A DNA stretch of 64,000 nucleotides from Octopus sinensis. Taxonomy: Eukaryota. The DNA lies in assembly GCF_006345805.1 (NCBI RefSeq), contig NC_042997.1, positions 182,280,001-182,344,000 of the forward strand, written 5' to 3'. Position 1 is the first letter of the stretch, and every line of letters begins with the position of its first letter. The notes under the pieces were generated by a model. It ran no database searches. It saw only the letters and a list, made by a program, of their open reading frames with translations, and had not been told where the DNA came from. A program made the translations under genes and the position numbers. Below, one piece after another: positions 10,915-23,945 of this stretch.

Positions 10915-13900
10915 GTGCGTGTGTGTATATAAATGTGTGTATGTGTGTGCATATACAGACACACGCACACCCTTAACCACTATTTCATCAGACTGTAAGA
11001 ATGGAAAATTATGCAATGGATCTAAAATGTTGAAATGTTTTTGTTTTTGTTTCTTTATAACTGACGCACTTACTAATAATATGTTTTCCGTTATTTCCCT
11101 TTGCTTGCTGGGAATCTATATCAATATTTGGTAAGTACGATTATCTGTTTATTAAATATCTTTTTAGGATTTTTTTAATTAGCTAAGATTATTCTAGTCA
11201 AAAAATAACAGAACACTTAGGAGTATCATAAGTGATTGGTGATGTATTTTAGTATTTCTGTTTTAGCATTTTAGAATAGTTCTTTTTTTAAAAAAAAATA
11301 AGGATGCATTAATGAACAGTTGTTAAAGTATGCCAGTATTTATTTTATAATTCACTGAAGTGTAAAGTAAAATAAGACTCAGTTGTTATAAGGAAAGGCA
11401 ATTTTGAATAAAACTGTTAATTTGCAGTCAAATCAGGTTAGATCTTGGTAAACAAATTAATCTTGAATTTAAGTTTTAAGTCACTGGAAATATTTTAAGC
11501 TCTAAAGATTTTGGGTTATTCATTTTTTGTTTATAATTTTAGTTACTTATAATCTAGAGGTTAAAGTTTCAATCATACATCTAAAGGTATATGGTTGAAT
11601 AAACCAAAAATGTATATTCTAAGTTCAGTTTAAGCAGTACTAAACAATGATTTTATTTATAAATGCTTTTAAATCAGCATATAGCTAGCTACAATGTAAC
11701 ATGTCGCATGTAATTTTGAAGACCAACCATACATTAAATACAGATCTAAATTATATAACTCTGAATTTTATGAAGATCAGAAATGTTGATTTATATTAAG
11801 TGTTTAGTAAAATACTTAAAATATTTTATGAGAATGCTATATATATATATATATAGATATATATATATGCATGATTATGTGGTTAAGTTCTTCATCATAA
11901 CTACATCGTTCTAGGTTTGAACTCACTGCCTTAAACTTTGGGTAGGAATCTAGGATCAATAAAAAAATCCTTATGCATGAAATTTTTAAGGCAGATATTT
12001 AGGGTGAAAAAACTGAATTCCAGAAGGAAGCAGTGGCAAACCACCCCTGCAATGCAGCTGAAGCACCCTTGTAGATGTGGTTGTTCCACACAGCTACTTG
12101 AAAGGTTCCATATATATTTTTCACTAATCTCTCCGGTTGCACTGTTTCAACCTCATAGTGATTTTAAATCTCTAATAAATAAGGGAGTAAGAATTGTATT
12201 TCTACTAAATATATTATAATGTACTTGTAAAACCTAAATCAAATTATCAGTCAAAATATAAAATAAAGGGGGCAAGAAATTCTATTTTTAATTTCATGAG
12301 GAACATTTTTCAGTTTATTCCCTTTTTATATGGATAAGGAAAGAAATTGTTCAACAGAGTTATTGCCCTTGTTTATATAGAAATGTATTTCAGCACCTTT
12401 TATCCAACTTTTCTAAAATGTTAAATCAAAATAATAAATAAATAAATAAATAAAAAAGCAAAAAACTCTTACCTATGTAGTGTAATTTAGGTTAGTTTTC
12501 ATATTGAATCATAATTCTGTCCTGCAATATGTTGGGTTAGGTGGTGTGGTATTTAACCAAACTGCTTCACTCTCTAAACTGTAACTAACTTAATAACACA
12601 GCTTCTTTAAGCACTTAATAGAAATTAATATAAAGCATTATATGAGTTTTATATATATATGCATGCTTTATTAAATTTAGAAAGTTTATTAACCAATTAA
12701 AATTCGAATGGTTCATACTTTCTAAAGGCTTCTCATGTTTAGTGGAGAGAAAGTATATATTAGATGCTCTGACAAAATGAAGGGTTGAATAAATTTTCAG
12801 CTTTTGCTTTAGATATTGTCAGGGTAAAAGTTGATTGTTATATAAACATGCATACCAAAGTGACTACTTCATATCAATGCATCCACAGAATACTCCCAAA
12901 TTATTTCATCACTTAGACATTACCTGCTGTATTTCCATCCCAATATCCTACAGACCTTTCACTCCTGCCTGTGTGCATGAAAGAAATCCCTATAAATACA
13001 TGTAGGTAATCTCTGATTATATGTACTTTCTATGTTGATATTTACTCAGAATGTCCCCTCCCCCAATAAAAAAGAAAACAGTTATTATTGGCTATAAGAA
13101 AAGGTGAATGTTCGATTCTTTCTCTTAGATTAGTAATACTAATATATCTACTTCCCATACTAACTTAAGAGTCAGTAGAAAGTATGAACATCTCAGTATT
13201 GAACTGGTTAAAAAAATTGTCCTCAGTTTAAGCAAAAATGTAGTGTAAGTCAAGAGCTGTATTCCAATGTTATAGAGATGTAGATCATGTTTGTATAATT
13301 TTTCTTTGTTTTTTTTTCTTTTACTTTTTGCATATGTATTTTTGTCATTGTGATTCTGGAGCTTTGATTTTCAAATGGTAACATTTTAATAGACTTAACT
13401 AATTATTTCTGTTTATATATATATTCGACTTTCACAGTTGGTATAATATATAGTTTCTTTAAGATTTTCAAATCTATAAAATACTAAATGTCAGTTTTGA
13501 GGACTCACTGATGACTCCATCAACAATATTGAACTATTAGCTATGAACTTGTCTGCAGCCCAAACAAGTCTGTTACAGTCCACTGAATTGTAAAATAAAT
13601 ATCATTATTGATAATAGCTCACTACTATAAGAAAGGTGACCAGTGTATAAGCCAGTGTTGGAATAGCTTAAAATGTACAGTACACATCCTCCTGGGTTTG
13701 AAGCATGATAAATATGTTTATGCTGCAGTCCTGTTTAAACTAGATCTACATGTCCTCATATAAAAATGAATGAATCTGTTATTTTCACTCACATAGTGAA
13801 ACACTGTGTTAATAAGTAAATGTAAGTTGCCAACCACTTGATATTTATAATTGATTAAACCCATTGTAGTAGAAATCTACAAATCTCACCCTACAGTGGA

Positions 13901-14379
13901 GTTAGCTGCAGAAAATGTATTGTTACTTTCCAGATATTTGTCATAGAAGTTAACAAGGTGGAAATATGATAATCCAAAATCTGAAATTCCTAATTATTCC
14001 TTGCTGGGAAAGTATTTAATATTAACAGTTTAATAAAACAACTGTGATAAGCCAGCTGCATGAATTTGCTGTAATGTTGGTCTTTAATATATATCTTGCA
14101 TACATTGCCTGCTTTGATCAGCCTATATCATGTCTCCCCACAGTTACTTTTCATAAATAACACAAACTTTTTTTGTTTGTTTTTTTTTTCCCCTTTCTGA
14201 AAAATTCTGTGTATTTTACTGTGTGTCTATTCATTTCCCATAAATAATCATCACCATTTCATGAAGTTGGAATATTATCCAGCCATTTCAGATTGGGCCC
14301 TATTTAAACAGCTATGTAAGGGATAGAAATAGAAAGAAGTGACTGTTTTGTTTTGGGGTTTTTTTTTTTTTTTGGAGGT

Positions 14380-14590
14380 GGGTGGATTGAGAAGATACAC
14401 AACCTCCATATGGACATGCTAGAAACATCAGATATGTCTTTTTCAAATCACTCTTCTCATCTTTAAGAAAAAAAAGGTATGGACCAGATATACTAAGTTT
14501 GAGGGAAAAGTTGGGATGGGCATGGCAGAAACATCTTTGATCATAGGTCTGCATGATCAGAGCTGACCTAAGGCTAAACAGCAACAGTTA
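14380..14590 (+). mobile_element. Short interspersed repeat (tail tgatcataggtctg...ggctaaacaacaac)
   Basis: A second copy is at 20520-20720; partial copies near 39640 and 50200. Confidence 0.6.
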
Positions 14591-14599
14591 TTATGTTAA

Positions 14600-14752
<153 letters not shown>

Positions 14753-15349
14753 TGAGTATTATTTATACTTCTGATTTAGTGTCTTTATATTTCATTCACT
14801 AAGTCCAATGAATGAAACACTTACCAAGATTATTCTGTCTATTTATATATACATTAAATCTTTCAAGCTTAATCAAACAATCTTGTTGGCTCACTTATTT
14901 AGCTACATAACTTTAATTAAGGATTTCATCATTATATGTTAATGGGGCTCTTAATATGACTCTTTATTCCTATCATTACTTTCAATTAAATTAAGTTTTA
15001 GAACATTTCAAAATTTTGTTGGAAATTACTTTTCCTTTCATTCTGTATATCAAAGTAGTAGTAATATAGTAAGATCATATCAATTGGCTATGATTTCTCT
15101 TGCCTTGCAAAATAAGTACTATGTCAAGAAGAGAAATCATTTTTATAGTATGCACCATGATTGGTAGTAACTTGGCCCACAATTTGGTTTTAATTAGCAA
15201 GAACAGAACCTTTTTGTTACATTACTAATGCTCTTGAGTAATATATGAACACAGCCACAATTTTCCATATCTTTCCTTTTTAAGATTAATTTCTATGTAA
15301 TAAATTACTTACTTTTCATTCTGACAACTCATTGTTCTTTTCTTTACAG

Positions 15350-15447
15350 GGAAGAGAGCGAAAGCGTACTGCAGTTGAAGGGACTTACTCCAAATGGTTT
15401 GCTACCTCTCGGAGCGCTATCTGGTGGCAAAGATACTCTGAGAAGTG
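15350..15447 (+). CDS. PPP3CA: Calcineurin A exon following the CaM-binding domain
   Basis: tttacag|...|gtaagg, 98 nt. Encodes [32 protein letters not shown], closely matching known CnA proteins; phases fit both neighbours. Confidence 0.98.
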
Positions 15448-15610
15448 GTAAGGCTGTCTTCATTCATAATTTAAGCATGAACTTGTTATTTCATATATAT
15501 ATATACATACTAGCTGTTTTTTCCGGTTTCACCTGGGTAGTTTGGTTGATGTTGCAGTAAAACCTGCTATCTTCTAAATATTTACCTCCTCTTTGTATTC
15601 AAACACCAAA

Positions 15611-15616
15611 AATAAA
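15611..15616 (+). terminator. Candidate intronic polyadenylation signal AATAAA
   Basis: Lies 50 nt after the in-frame intronic stop (TAA 15558-15560). Confidence 0.35.
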
Positions 15617-16493
15617 GGTTAAAAAATATTTTAAGAAAACAAAAATTAGCAAAAAAAGGAAAAAACCCAAATTAATAAAAATGTTAAGTTGCCAATAGCT
15701 GCAGTAACTGGAAGGTTTCAGCAAACACATGCGCACGCACACACGCACCTTTACATACACATATATATTCACACAGAGTTGAAACGCTGAAAAAAATAAA
15801 TCCACAGAAAAATGGAAGTATATATATGAAACCAAAAACCACTATATATATATATATATATAAATTTGACATCACCCCTTCCTCATTCATAAATACAAGA
15901 GTATTATTATAAGAGATTATCTCAGTAACCATGGGAGCTATGAAAAAATACAAAGCCCAGCATCACCACTGGATCATTCTACACATCTGTGTAATTTTTC
16001 GTGCAATTCCACCCAGCTGTTTAACCGTGAATCCCAAGACAAGAAAGAATCGCCTATGTCAAATTTATATGTATAGATATATATATGCTTACATGTATTT
16101 AATTCAATGGCAGTGAGTGGTGAGTCCACTTTGATGCAAGATTTATTGTGATTGGACATTACTCAACAGATACAAGGTTCATTTCTCATTGGTAATTTTG
16201 TCTGCTTTTTTTCTATTTTATACTGTGCTTGTGAATATATTCAAATCTTAACCATTTATAAATATATTTTTGCAAGAAGAGGGATACAGTGACTTAAAAG
16301 TTTTGGCCTATTAGCCTTCACTAGAGAGTCCAATAAAGGCTAGCAGGTTGAAATTTTGAAGTCATTGTTGCCCCTCTTCGTGTAAAAGTATAATAAATAT
16401 GTACACTATGAAAAGTACTGAATAATATATTTCAGTTTACTGTTAAACTGTTTTTATTATAACTCAACATAAAAACAAACATATATATATATA

Positions 16494-16830
16494 GACCCCT
16501 TATGGTCATGAATGACCATGGGATTGCTCCTGCAAAGTTCCCCTCAGAAGCACAAGACTGGGCAAAGTCGTTTATGGAAGACCAGCAGTCACCCATGCAT
16601 ACCAGCCTCCCCTCTCCATTCCACCGATGTTATCCAAGGAAAAGGGCAAAGGCTGATACAGTTTAGCACCAGTGACGTCATAACTTATTTCTACAGCTGA
16701 GTGAACTGGAGCAACGTGAAATAAAATGTCTTGCTCAAAAACACCACATACAGCCCAGTCTTGGAATCAAACTCACTACCTCATGATTGTGAGTCCGACA
16801 CTCTAACCACTGAGCCATGCACCCTCAGTG
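16494..16830 (-). mobile_element. tRNA-derived SINE
   Basis: Minus-strand head gcatggctcagtggttagagtgtcggactcac; body includes gagtgaactggagcaacgtgaaataaaatgtcttgctc on +. Confidence 0.8.
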
Positions 16831-17311
16831 ATAATAGGGTAATAAAAATACAGAGTAAACAGTAAGAGAAAGGAAACTGCATTGGTGATTAATAATTATT
16901 GATTATAAACAACAGCACTGCTATTCCTCATAATAAATCAATTTATTCCACTGTTAAATCTTCCTAATAAAAATAAATATAGGTTATTGCTGATAACTGA
17001 CTTTTCTGCTTCTGAGTAATCTTGTGTATCAGCTACTCTTCACATCAGACTGAAATTCTACTTTTGGCATGCCTTTTTTCATGCACATTTAAGTTCCTTT
17101 ATTCTCCTTAACAAAACTGATTTCAGTTTACTGAATAAGTTTTGATTTACTGATAATACTTTGCTTTCCTCTGGATGCAACGTATAATTTAAATTTAAAA
17201 TGAAACTAGCATATGACTTCTACTAATGGATAATAAAGAGTTAATTTTTCTCATCCATAACATTTTATAATGAGGACAATGAAAATATTGTGCGTTTATA
17301 TGTATCTACAT

Positions 17312-17344
<33 letters not shown>

Positions 17345-17345
<1 letters not shown>

Positions 17346-17820
17346 AGCTGGCAGAATCATTAGCAAGCCAGGCATAATGCTTAGCAGTATTTCGTCTGCC
17401 ACTACTTTCTGAGTTCTAATTCCGCTGAGGTTGACTTTGCCTTTCAACCTTTTGGAGTCAATAAATTAAGTACCAGTGAAGCACTGGGGTCGATGTAATC
17501 AACTGGTCCCCTCCCCACAAATTTCATGCCTTGTGCCCTTAGTAAAAGGGATTATTATTATTTTTATTATTATTATTATCATTATTATTATATTATTATT
17601 ATTATTAAGGCGGTAAGCTGGCAGAATCATTAGCTCACCAGGCAAAATGATTGTCAGCATTTCGTCTGTCTTTATGTTCTGAGTTCAAATTCTGCCATGG
17701 TTAACTTTGCCTTTCATCCTTTTGGGGTCAATGAAATAAGTACCAGTTACACACTGGAGTCAATGTGATTGACTAGTCTCCTCCCCCCAAATTCCAAGCC
17801 TTGTGCCTATAGTAGACAGG
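17345..17820 (+). mobile_element. Two tandem SINE copies (17345-17545 and 17607-17820) with (ATT)n tails
   Basis: Both begin aagctggcagaatcattagc and share the body with the 4196 family. Confidence 0.85.
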
Positions 17821-18671
17821 ATTATTATTATTATTATTAAACTTAAGTTAATTTTTACATACTAGACTGATATGTTTTAATAATGTACATTATCATACAG
17901 TCTTACTTTCTCCTAGTCTAGTTCAGTAAAAGGCATTAATCAACATTAATATCAATAATAGTATCTAACAGTTTCCTCACAATGCCTACAGTTAATTTAT
18001 ATTTCTAGCCTTGCTCAGGATACTACAATAACACTACTTCAAAAAACAAAACTGTTTATTCTACCATGATTTGTTTACACATAGATTAATTTCATTCATT
18101 CATAGTGTCCTACACAGCATTTTTGATAATTTGAAATGTGAAGTATACCTTTTTCTTTTAATAAACATTCGATTTTAGGTTTGGTGTGAGAAATAAATAA
18201 AGTGGTTACTCAGTAGATTTTATCCCTCTATAGTCAGAAAACCTGGAATCAAAATGACTAGTGTTTAATCTTGTTAGAACTTGGTCAGCGAAAGAACACC
18301 CATCTTGTATTCACAGAGAGATTAGTAGCTAATGGTTATTTACTGGTGAGAAAAATCGTGTGGTTTGTATACACTGTAAATAGCTATAGGAACTACCAAA
18401 TTTATGACTTGTTATATATGGCCATTTAGTAGATATTATGTATACCTTATAACTGGGCAACAAAAAGTTGAGGAAGCAACTACCTGTGACACAGCATCAA
18501 GCTAAATATGGTGTGTCTGTGTGCAGCAGATGAGATACATGAAGCTTGAAGCAATCAGCTGTTCTGAAAATCCTTCCCACCAATTCTGTAATTCTGTTAA
18601 TATACAAAATATATGTGCTGTTGCATAAGTTTGAACTGTGTGAGAAGCACTATATATATATATATATATAT

Positions 18672-19078
18672 GCCTCATCTGGCACCTGTGTCGGTGGCAC
18701 ATAAAAACACCATCCGAGCGTGGCCGTCTGCCAGCCTCGTCTGGCACCTGCCAGCCTCATCTGGCACCTGTGTCGGTGGCACATAAAAACACCATCCGAG
18801 CGTGGCCGTCTGCCAGCCTCGTCTGGCACCTGTGTCGGTGGCACATAAAAACACCATCCGAGCGTGGCCGTTCGCCAGCCTCGTCTGGCACCTGTGTCGG
18901 TGGCACATAAAATCACCCACTACACTCTCGGAGTGGTTGGCGTTAGGAAGGGCATCCAGCTGTAGAAACACTGCCAGATCTGACTGGCCTGGTGCAGCCT
19001 TCGGGCTCCCCAGACCCCAGTTGAACCGTCCAACCCATGCTAGCATGGAAAACGGACGCTAAATGATGATGATGATAT
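18672..19078 (+). mobile_element. RTE 3'-UTR/tail repeat with ~4 tandem ~62-bp subrepeats
   Basis: Repeated ggcacctgtgtcggtggcacataaaaacaccatccgagcgtggccg; ends ccatgctagcatggaaaacggacgctaaatgatgatgatgat. Confidence 0.9.
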
Positions 19079-19088
19079 ATATATATAT

Positions 19089-19750
19089 ACAAGGTGCGGC
19101 AAATAAACTGTCATCTAAATTACGCAGAAATGAAAATAACACTGACATCTCATTTCAACAGTTATATGATATATCTACCAAAATTACATAAAAATATCTT
19201 GAAATACTAAAGAGTAAATTTATTCAATAAAATTGCCATTGGCTTCAACCACAGCCTCCAGACAACTTAGGAATCTCCTGCAACTCTTCTGGACACTCTC
19301 CTTGTTTATGTTGACAAATGCTGCCATAATCCTTGCCTTCAGTTCATCTTTGGTGTTACAAGTTTTGTCAGTCTCTCACTCATCTGCGCCCCACATAATA
19401 ATCAAGGGGGTTGCAGTCTAGGGAGTTAGGTGACCAGATGTTAAGGGTAATGCAGTTTCAGAAATTGCCTGATATCCATGACTGGGTTCTCCTGCTTGTG
19501 TGGTATGATACAGAGTCCTGTTGTCAGACATAGGGTCTTCCAGCAACCACCCTATTGACCTAGGGCAGCACTACCTCTTCCAGACACTTGATGTAGGCCT
19601 CCGTGTTGAGTTTGAGGCCATGTGGGAAGATGAATAGAGGCATAACATCGCCTTCCCTAGTGATCTCTCCAAACACCATGATGTTGACTGGGTGTTTCAT
19701 TTTTATCATTTTCAGTACATATCCTCAGACTGACACCCAAACACTCTGAA
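19089..19750 (-). mobile_element. Tc1-like transposase remnant
   Basis: End aaggtgcggcaaataaactg; the minus strand carries the degenerate WPPNSPD-like motif (ctagggagttaggtgaccagatg on +). Confidence 0.7.
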
Positions 19751-20912
19751 ATGTTTGTATTGGAGCTTCCAGTGCAAATGCCAAGCAGTACAGCATGTCA
19801 TTTCCAAATTTCTGGCAGAGTGAATTGCATCATGGTGCTGTTTTTCTTACAGACAGTGCCCATCTGGCCCTACTATACTGTACAGTTAACAAAATTAAAA
19901 ATACGAAATGCCAACGATTTACCCATCGTACCCTATATATACATATATATATATATGGGTTGGACAGTTTTACTGAAAACTGGTAATCTCCCTGACTTAC
20001 CAGTTTTCAGTCAAACTGTCCAACCCACCCATGCCAGCATAGAAAACAGGCATTAAATGATGATGATATATATATATATGTATATATATTGCATTATTTG
20101 TTCAAAACTAAGAATTTCAAAGTTTCCAGGGTTACTCACTGTAATGTTATCCTTCTGTTAAAGGACACACATTGCAAGAAACTCTAACATCTGAATGAAT
20201 CATCTTTTATCAAAATGAACTAAGCTCTATCACATGTAACAAGTACTTTTTATTCTGTTTGTATATTCTCACATAAATATATTGCTTTATATATATTTTA
20301 TATTTATGAAATTGTGTAAAGTTCTCTTTCAGTATATATTGTTTAATTCTTTTTCCTTTCCTTTTTTTAAAAAAAAATGTTTTTGTATTGTTGTTTGCGA
20401 TTTTACATTGTTTTAATTTCAGAACTTAGAAATATCCTTTTATGGTTATAAAAAAAATAGAAACATTTAAAAACCAATATTAGCCTTAATGTTTCTCATT
20501 TTGGTTTTCACCGACAACCAAGGGAGCCTCTACATAGCTGTTCAACTTGCTAGAAATAGCAAACAAATCTCCCTCAAGTTACACTATACCATCTTAGAAA
20601 AAAAGTGGCACATTGGATGATGTGGTCCTGGGTGCATTGTGCCTGGGAAGAAGACAGGATGGTCACAGCAAGAATGCCTTTGGTTATAGGTCTGTTTGAT
20701 CAGACCTGAGGCTAAACAATAGCGACAACGATCTCCAAAGAATTTCAATCGTTCATTAGCTGTATTCACTTTAGTATTTGCTATATAAATCAGTACTGAG
20801 TTGGGGTACAAACACACTTATCTCAACTATGAAGTATTTTTCTTTTCATAGTCAGAGTGGAATATTTAATTTTTTCATTTCAATTTTTTAAATGTCTTTT
20901 TTATTCATTCAG

Positions 20913-20948
20913 CTATCGATAATCCGAACGAGGAACCAGCTATCAAAG
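20913..20948 (+). CDS. PPP3CA: Calcineurin A 36-nt symmetric cassette exon (AIDNPNEEPAIK)
   Basis: ttttttattcattcag|...|gttagt, phase 1-1, stop-free and CpG-containing in an AT-rich intron. Same position as the short alternatively spliced vertebrate exon (ATVEAIEADE) before the AID exon. Confidence 0.8.
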
Positions 20949-23845
20949 GTTAGTTTTCTATTTAGGATTGTATAGTTGAGAGACACTGGCATGTGCACGG
21001 CAGTCATAGGTAACTGTTTGTTTATTGGGGGTGCAAAGAGCAGCAACAAAACAATGGTGCAACACTTAAGTGCAGCAGGTTTGGGTCTAAATATCTCCAT
21101 TATTTTTCTCTTCAATACACTGCATAATATAAAACATCTTCATATTTTAATCAACCATGCTATCTAGCACAATCAGAAAATAAGTCACTACTGCTAATTG
21201 TGAATAACGTATTTTTTCCTACAATTCCTCACATAGTTACATTCAGGGAAGCAGTACATGGTAATCTAAATGAGGAATTTGAAGATCAATGCCAATTAAC
21301 TATATCCTTGCAGCTTTCACTCTGGCTTTTCCATCCTAAAAGAAACTTTGGAGAAGATATTTCAGCCACTGCTTCAATTTCCATTGCCACTAAAATCTAC
21401 TCCTAAAATCACTACATTGGTCCAAGAGGCATTTAGAAACCCATTGTTTAAAACATTACAACAAACTAGACATAATGGCTTTATCACTTAAAATAAATAG
21501 CACTCCAAAATGGGTTATTAGAATGTGTGAGGATTAAGTTTGAAATTGATACAAAGAAAAATATTTGAAATTTATAAATTTACCTTTTATACCTCCTGGC
21601 ACATTGCTAAAATTTACTCTAGGCTAAATATATCTACTAACTGCTTTATAAATATATGTAGAATAATTTCCTAAATAATAATTTTTTTAATTATTTCTGT
21701 TTAAAAGAAACACGAGAAAAATAAAATAAATACTTTTACTATATATTTTAACATGTTTTAATATTAGTTCTACTAAAATCTAAAAATTATGATATTTATG
21801 ATGTAATTCACTCTAAAATATGCTATTTACATTTCTCAGCTTAATAATAAAATACTGCCAAAGTTGGAGAGACAATTTAACTTCATTGAGATTTTACCAC
21901 ATTACTGAAGGCTCCAAATACCCAGTGATTATATAAACCTTGAAATTCTAAAACATCGATGTAATGAAGTAAACAAACTAGTTGCTGTGATGAATTTCTC
22001 TAGCATTTTGTATAACCATCATAATATCATACAAATGCATTATAATATGGATAAAATGAAAATGTAGTTGAACTTTAAAAATTTATGAGCCAAAATTTAG
22101 CTTTGACTCTAGATAGGCCATTATATAAATGCCCATCCCATCAATTATTAATAAACCATTTATTTAATCATTTAAATATTATATAATCTTCCCAACTTTT
22201 AAAGTTTTTTTTTTTTTTCGTTTCATTTTTATTTTTTTGTTTCTTATTATTCACTATAATATACTTTCACTACACTAAACAAACTTTGTATTCTTTTATT
22301 GGCTGCTATTCAGTTCATGTTTCCTTGTTCAGTGCAAGATAAAACTATATGAAATAATTTAAACACTTATACTTTACAATATGAAAGTTATGTTAGAACC
22401 CATAATATGTTTAAAATATATATTCAAAATAGTTAATTATTGAGTAGGACATTTTAAGGGTTAAGGATGTTGTTTGTGTGGGTCTTTTTTTTTATTCTGT
22501 ATTCACAAAAAAAATTATTAGCATTTATGTTAATTACTTTAAATATTTCTAAATCCTAATTATTTTTTATATAAACTAATTCGAATTAAGACTACTAATT
22601 TTGAAAAGCTCTAAAACAAAAACTGCTAGATTTTTAACTTAAATTTTATTATTTTAATGTTTTGGTTTTTTTTTTTTATTTTGCTAATTCAACATTTATT
22701 ATTATGTTACTTTGGCAAAGAATACCCAAGAAGCACTTTTAAAATCCCTATTTGATGTAATAGTTCATATCAAAATAATTCTCTATCGGTAAAATGTTCA
22801 ACCTACATATGAACTTGAACTTAAAGGATGTTTTTTCAACAGTTCAAATCAGACATAGTAGATAATATATTAATAGATCAATATGAATAATAGACTGTCC
22901 AAGTTGGCATGATTATTATACTAGAGAAGATTAGTCTTCTCAGAATCAGGATTCTAAAGTACTCAGTTAACTTCAAATAGCAACAGCCTAATGTTATTTC
23001 TGTATATAATGGTTTGTTGGTTACAGAGATTACTTTAAATCTCACTACATGTTTGACTTGGCAAAAGTCTTATTCATGTAGTGCATTCTGCTAACTAGAG
23101 TTAGTAAGTAATCAGCCATCTAATTGTTTAATTGCTTCACATGTTTTTACTTTTACATTATTCAAATAACAACGGTTCAGACTGATTCTTTGGTTTCCAT
23201 TTGCTTATTTAAATATTTATTTGGCTTTGCTTTTAGCAAAATTCATCAAATACAAGTAATTAGATTAATTGTTCCTTAAAAAAAAACTGTCATTAGCTTT
23301 CATATAGTACCTGCTTTCTTTTGTGTTTCATCACGATTGCTGCTTCTGCTGCTGCTAGAAACTAATTTTTTTTTGTTGTTTTTGTTGATGTCTTGACTGT
23401 AGAAATAACTGTTGTTTATAGCTTCCTGTCTGGTTTTAGGCTGCTTTCCAAATTCAGTGTTGTCACACTGTAAGGGTTTCGATTTTAGAGGAATTGATTG
23501 CTATAAAATCAACTGAAGTACAATGTGTGCTTGCTTGTTAGAAAATATTAGCAAATGTTTCAAGTAATTCCAAAAACATGTCGAACTAGATAAAAAAATA
23601 AAAATAGATTAGCTTATTTAAAGTTGACTGAGTTTTCAAATTTCAAAGAATATGTCTGTAAAAGCTTCTTGAAACTACAAAAAATGTTTTATTTTTTATT
23701 TACCTATTTTTATGGAATTGCTATTATGATGATATCTGCTCATATATCTTCATATTGCCTGGAAGCATTTATAAACTCAATCAAATTTAAATAAAGGCCC
23801 GAAACAAGAAGCATTAGAACCACAACATCAGGCTAGCTGTGTTTT

Positions 23846-23945
<100 letters not shown>

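Noticed and set aside
18672-18910. Regularly spaced ~62-bp repeats superficially like a CRISPR array
   Set aside because: There are no unique spacers; these are subrepeats of the RTE 3'UTR family in a eukaryotic context.
20423-20450. Possible exon after tttcag (ELRNILLWL*)
   Set aside because: The donor is weak, the 22-nt length is not frame-preserving, and there is no other support.
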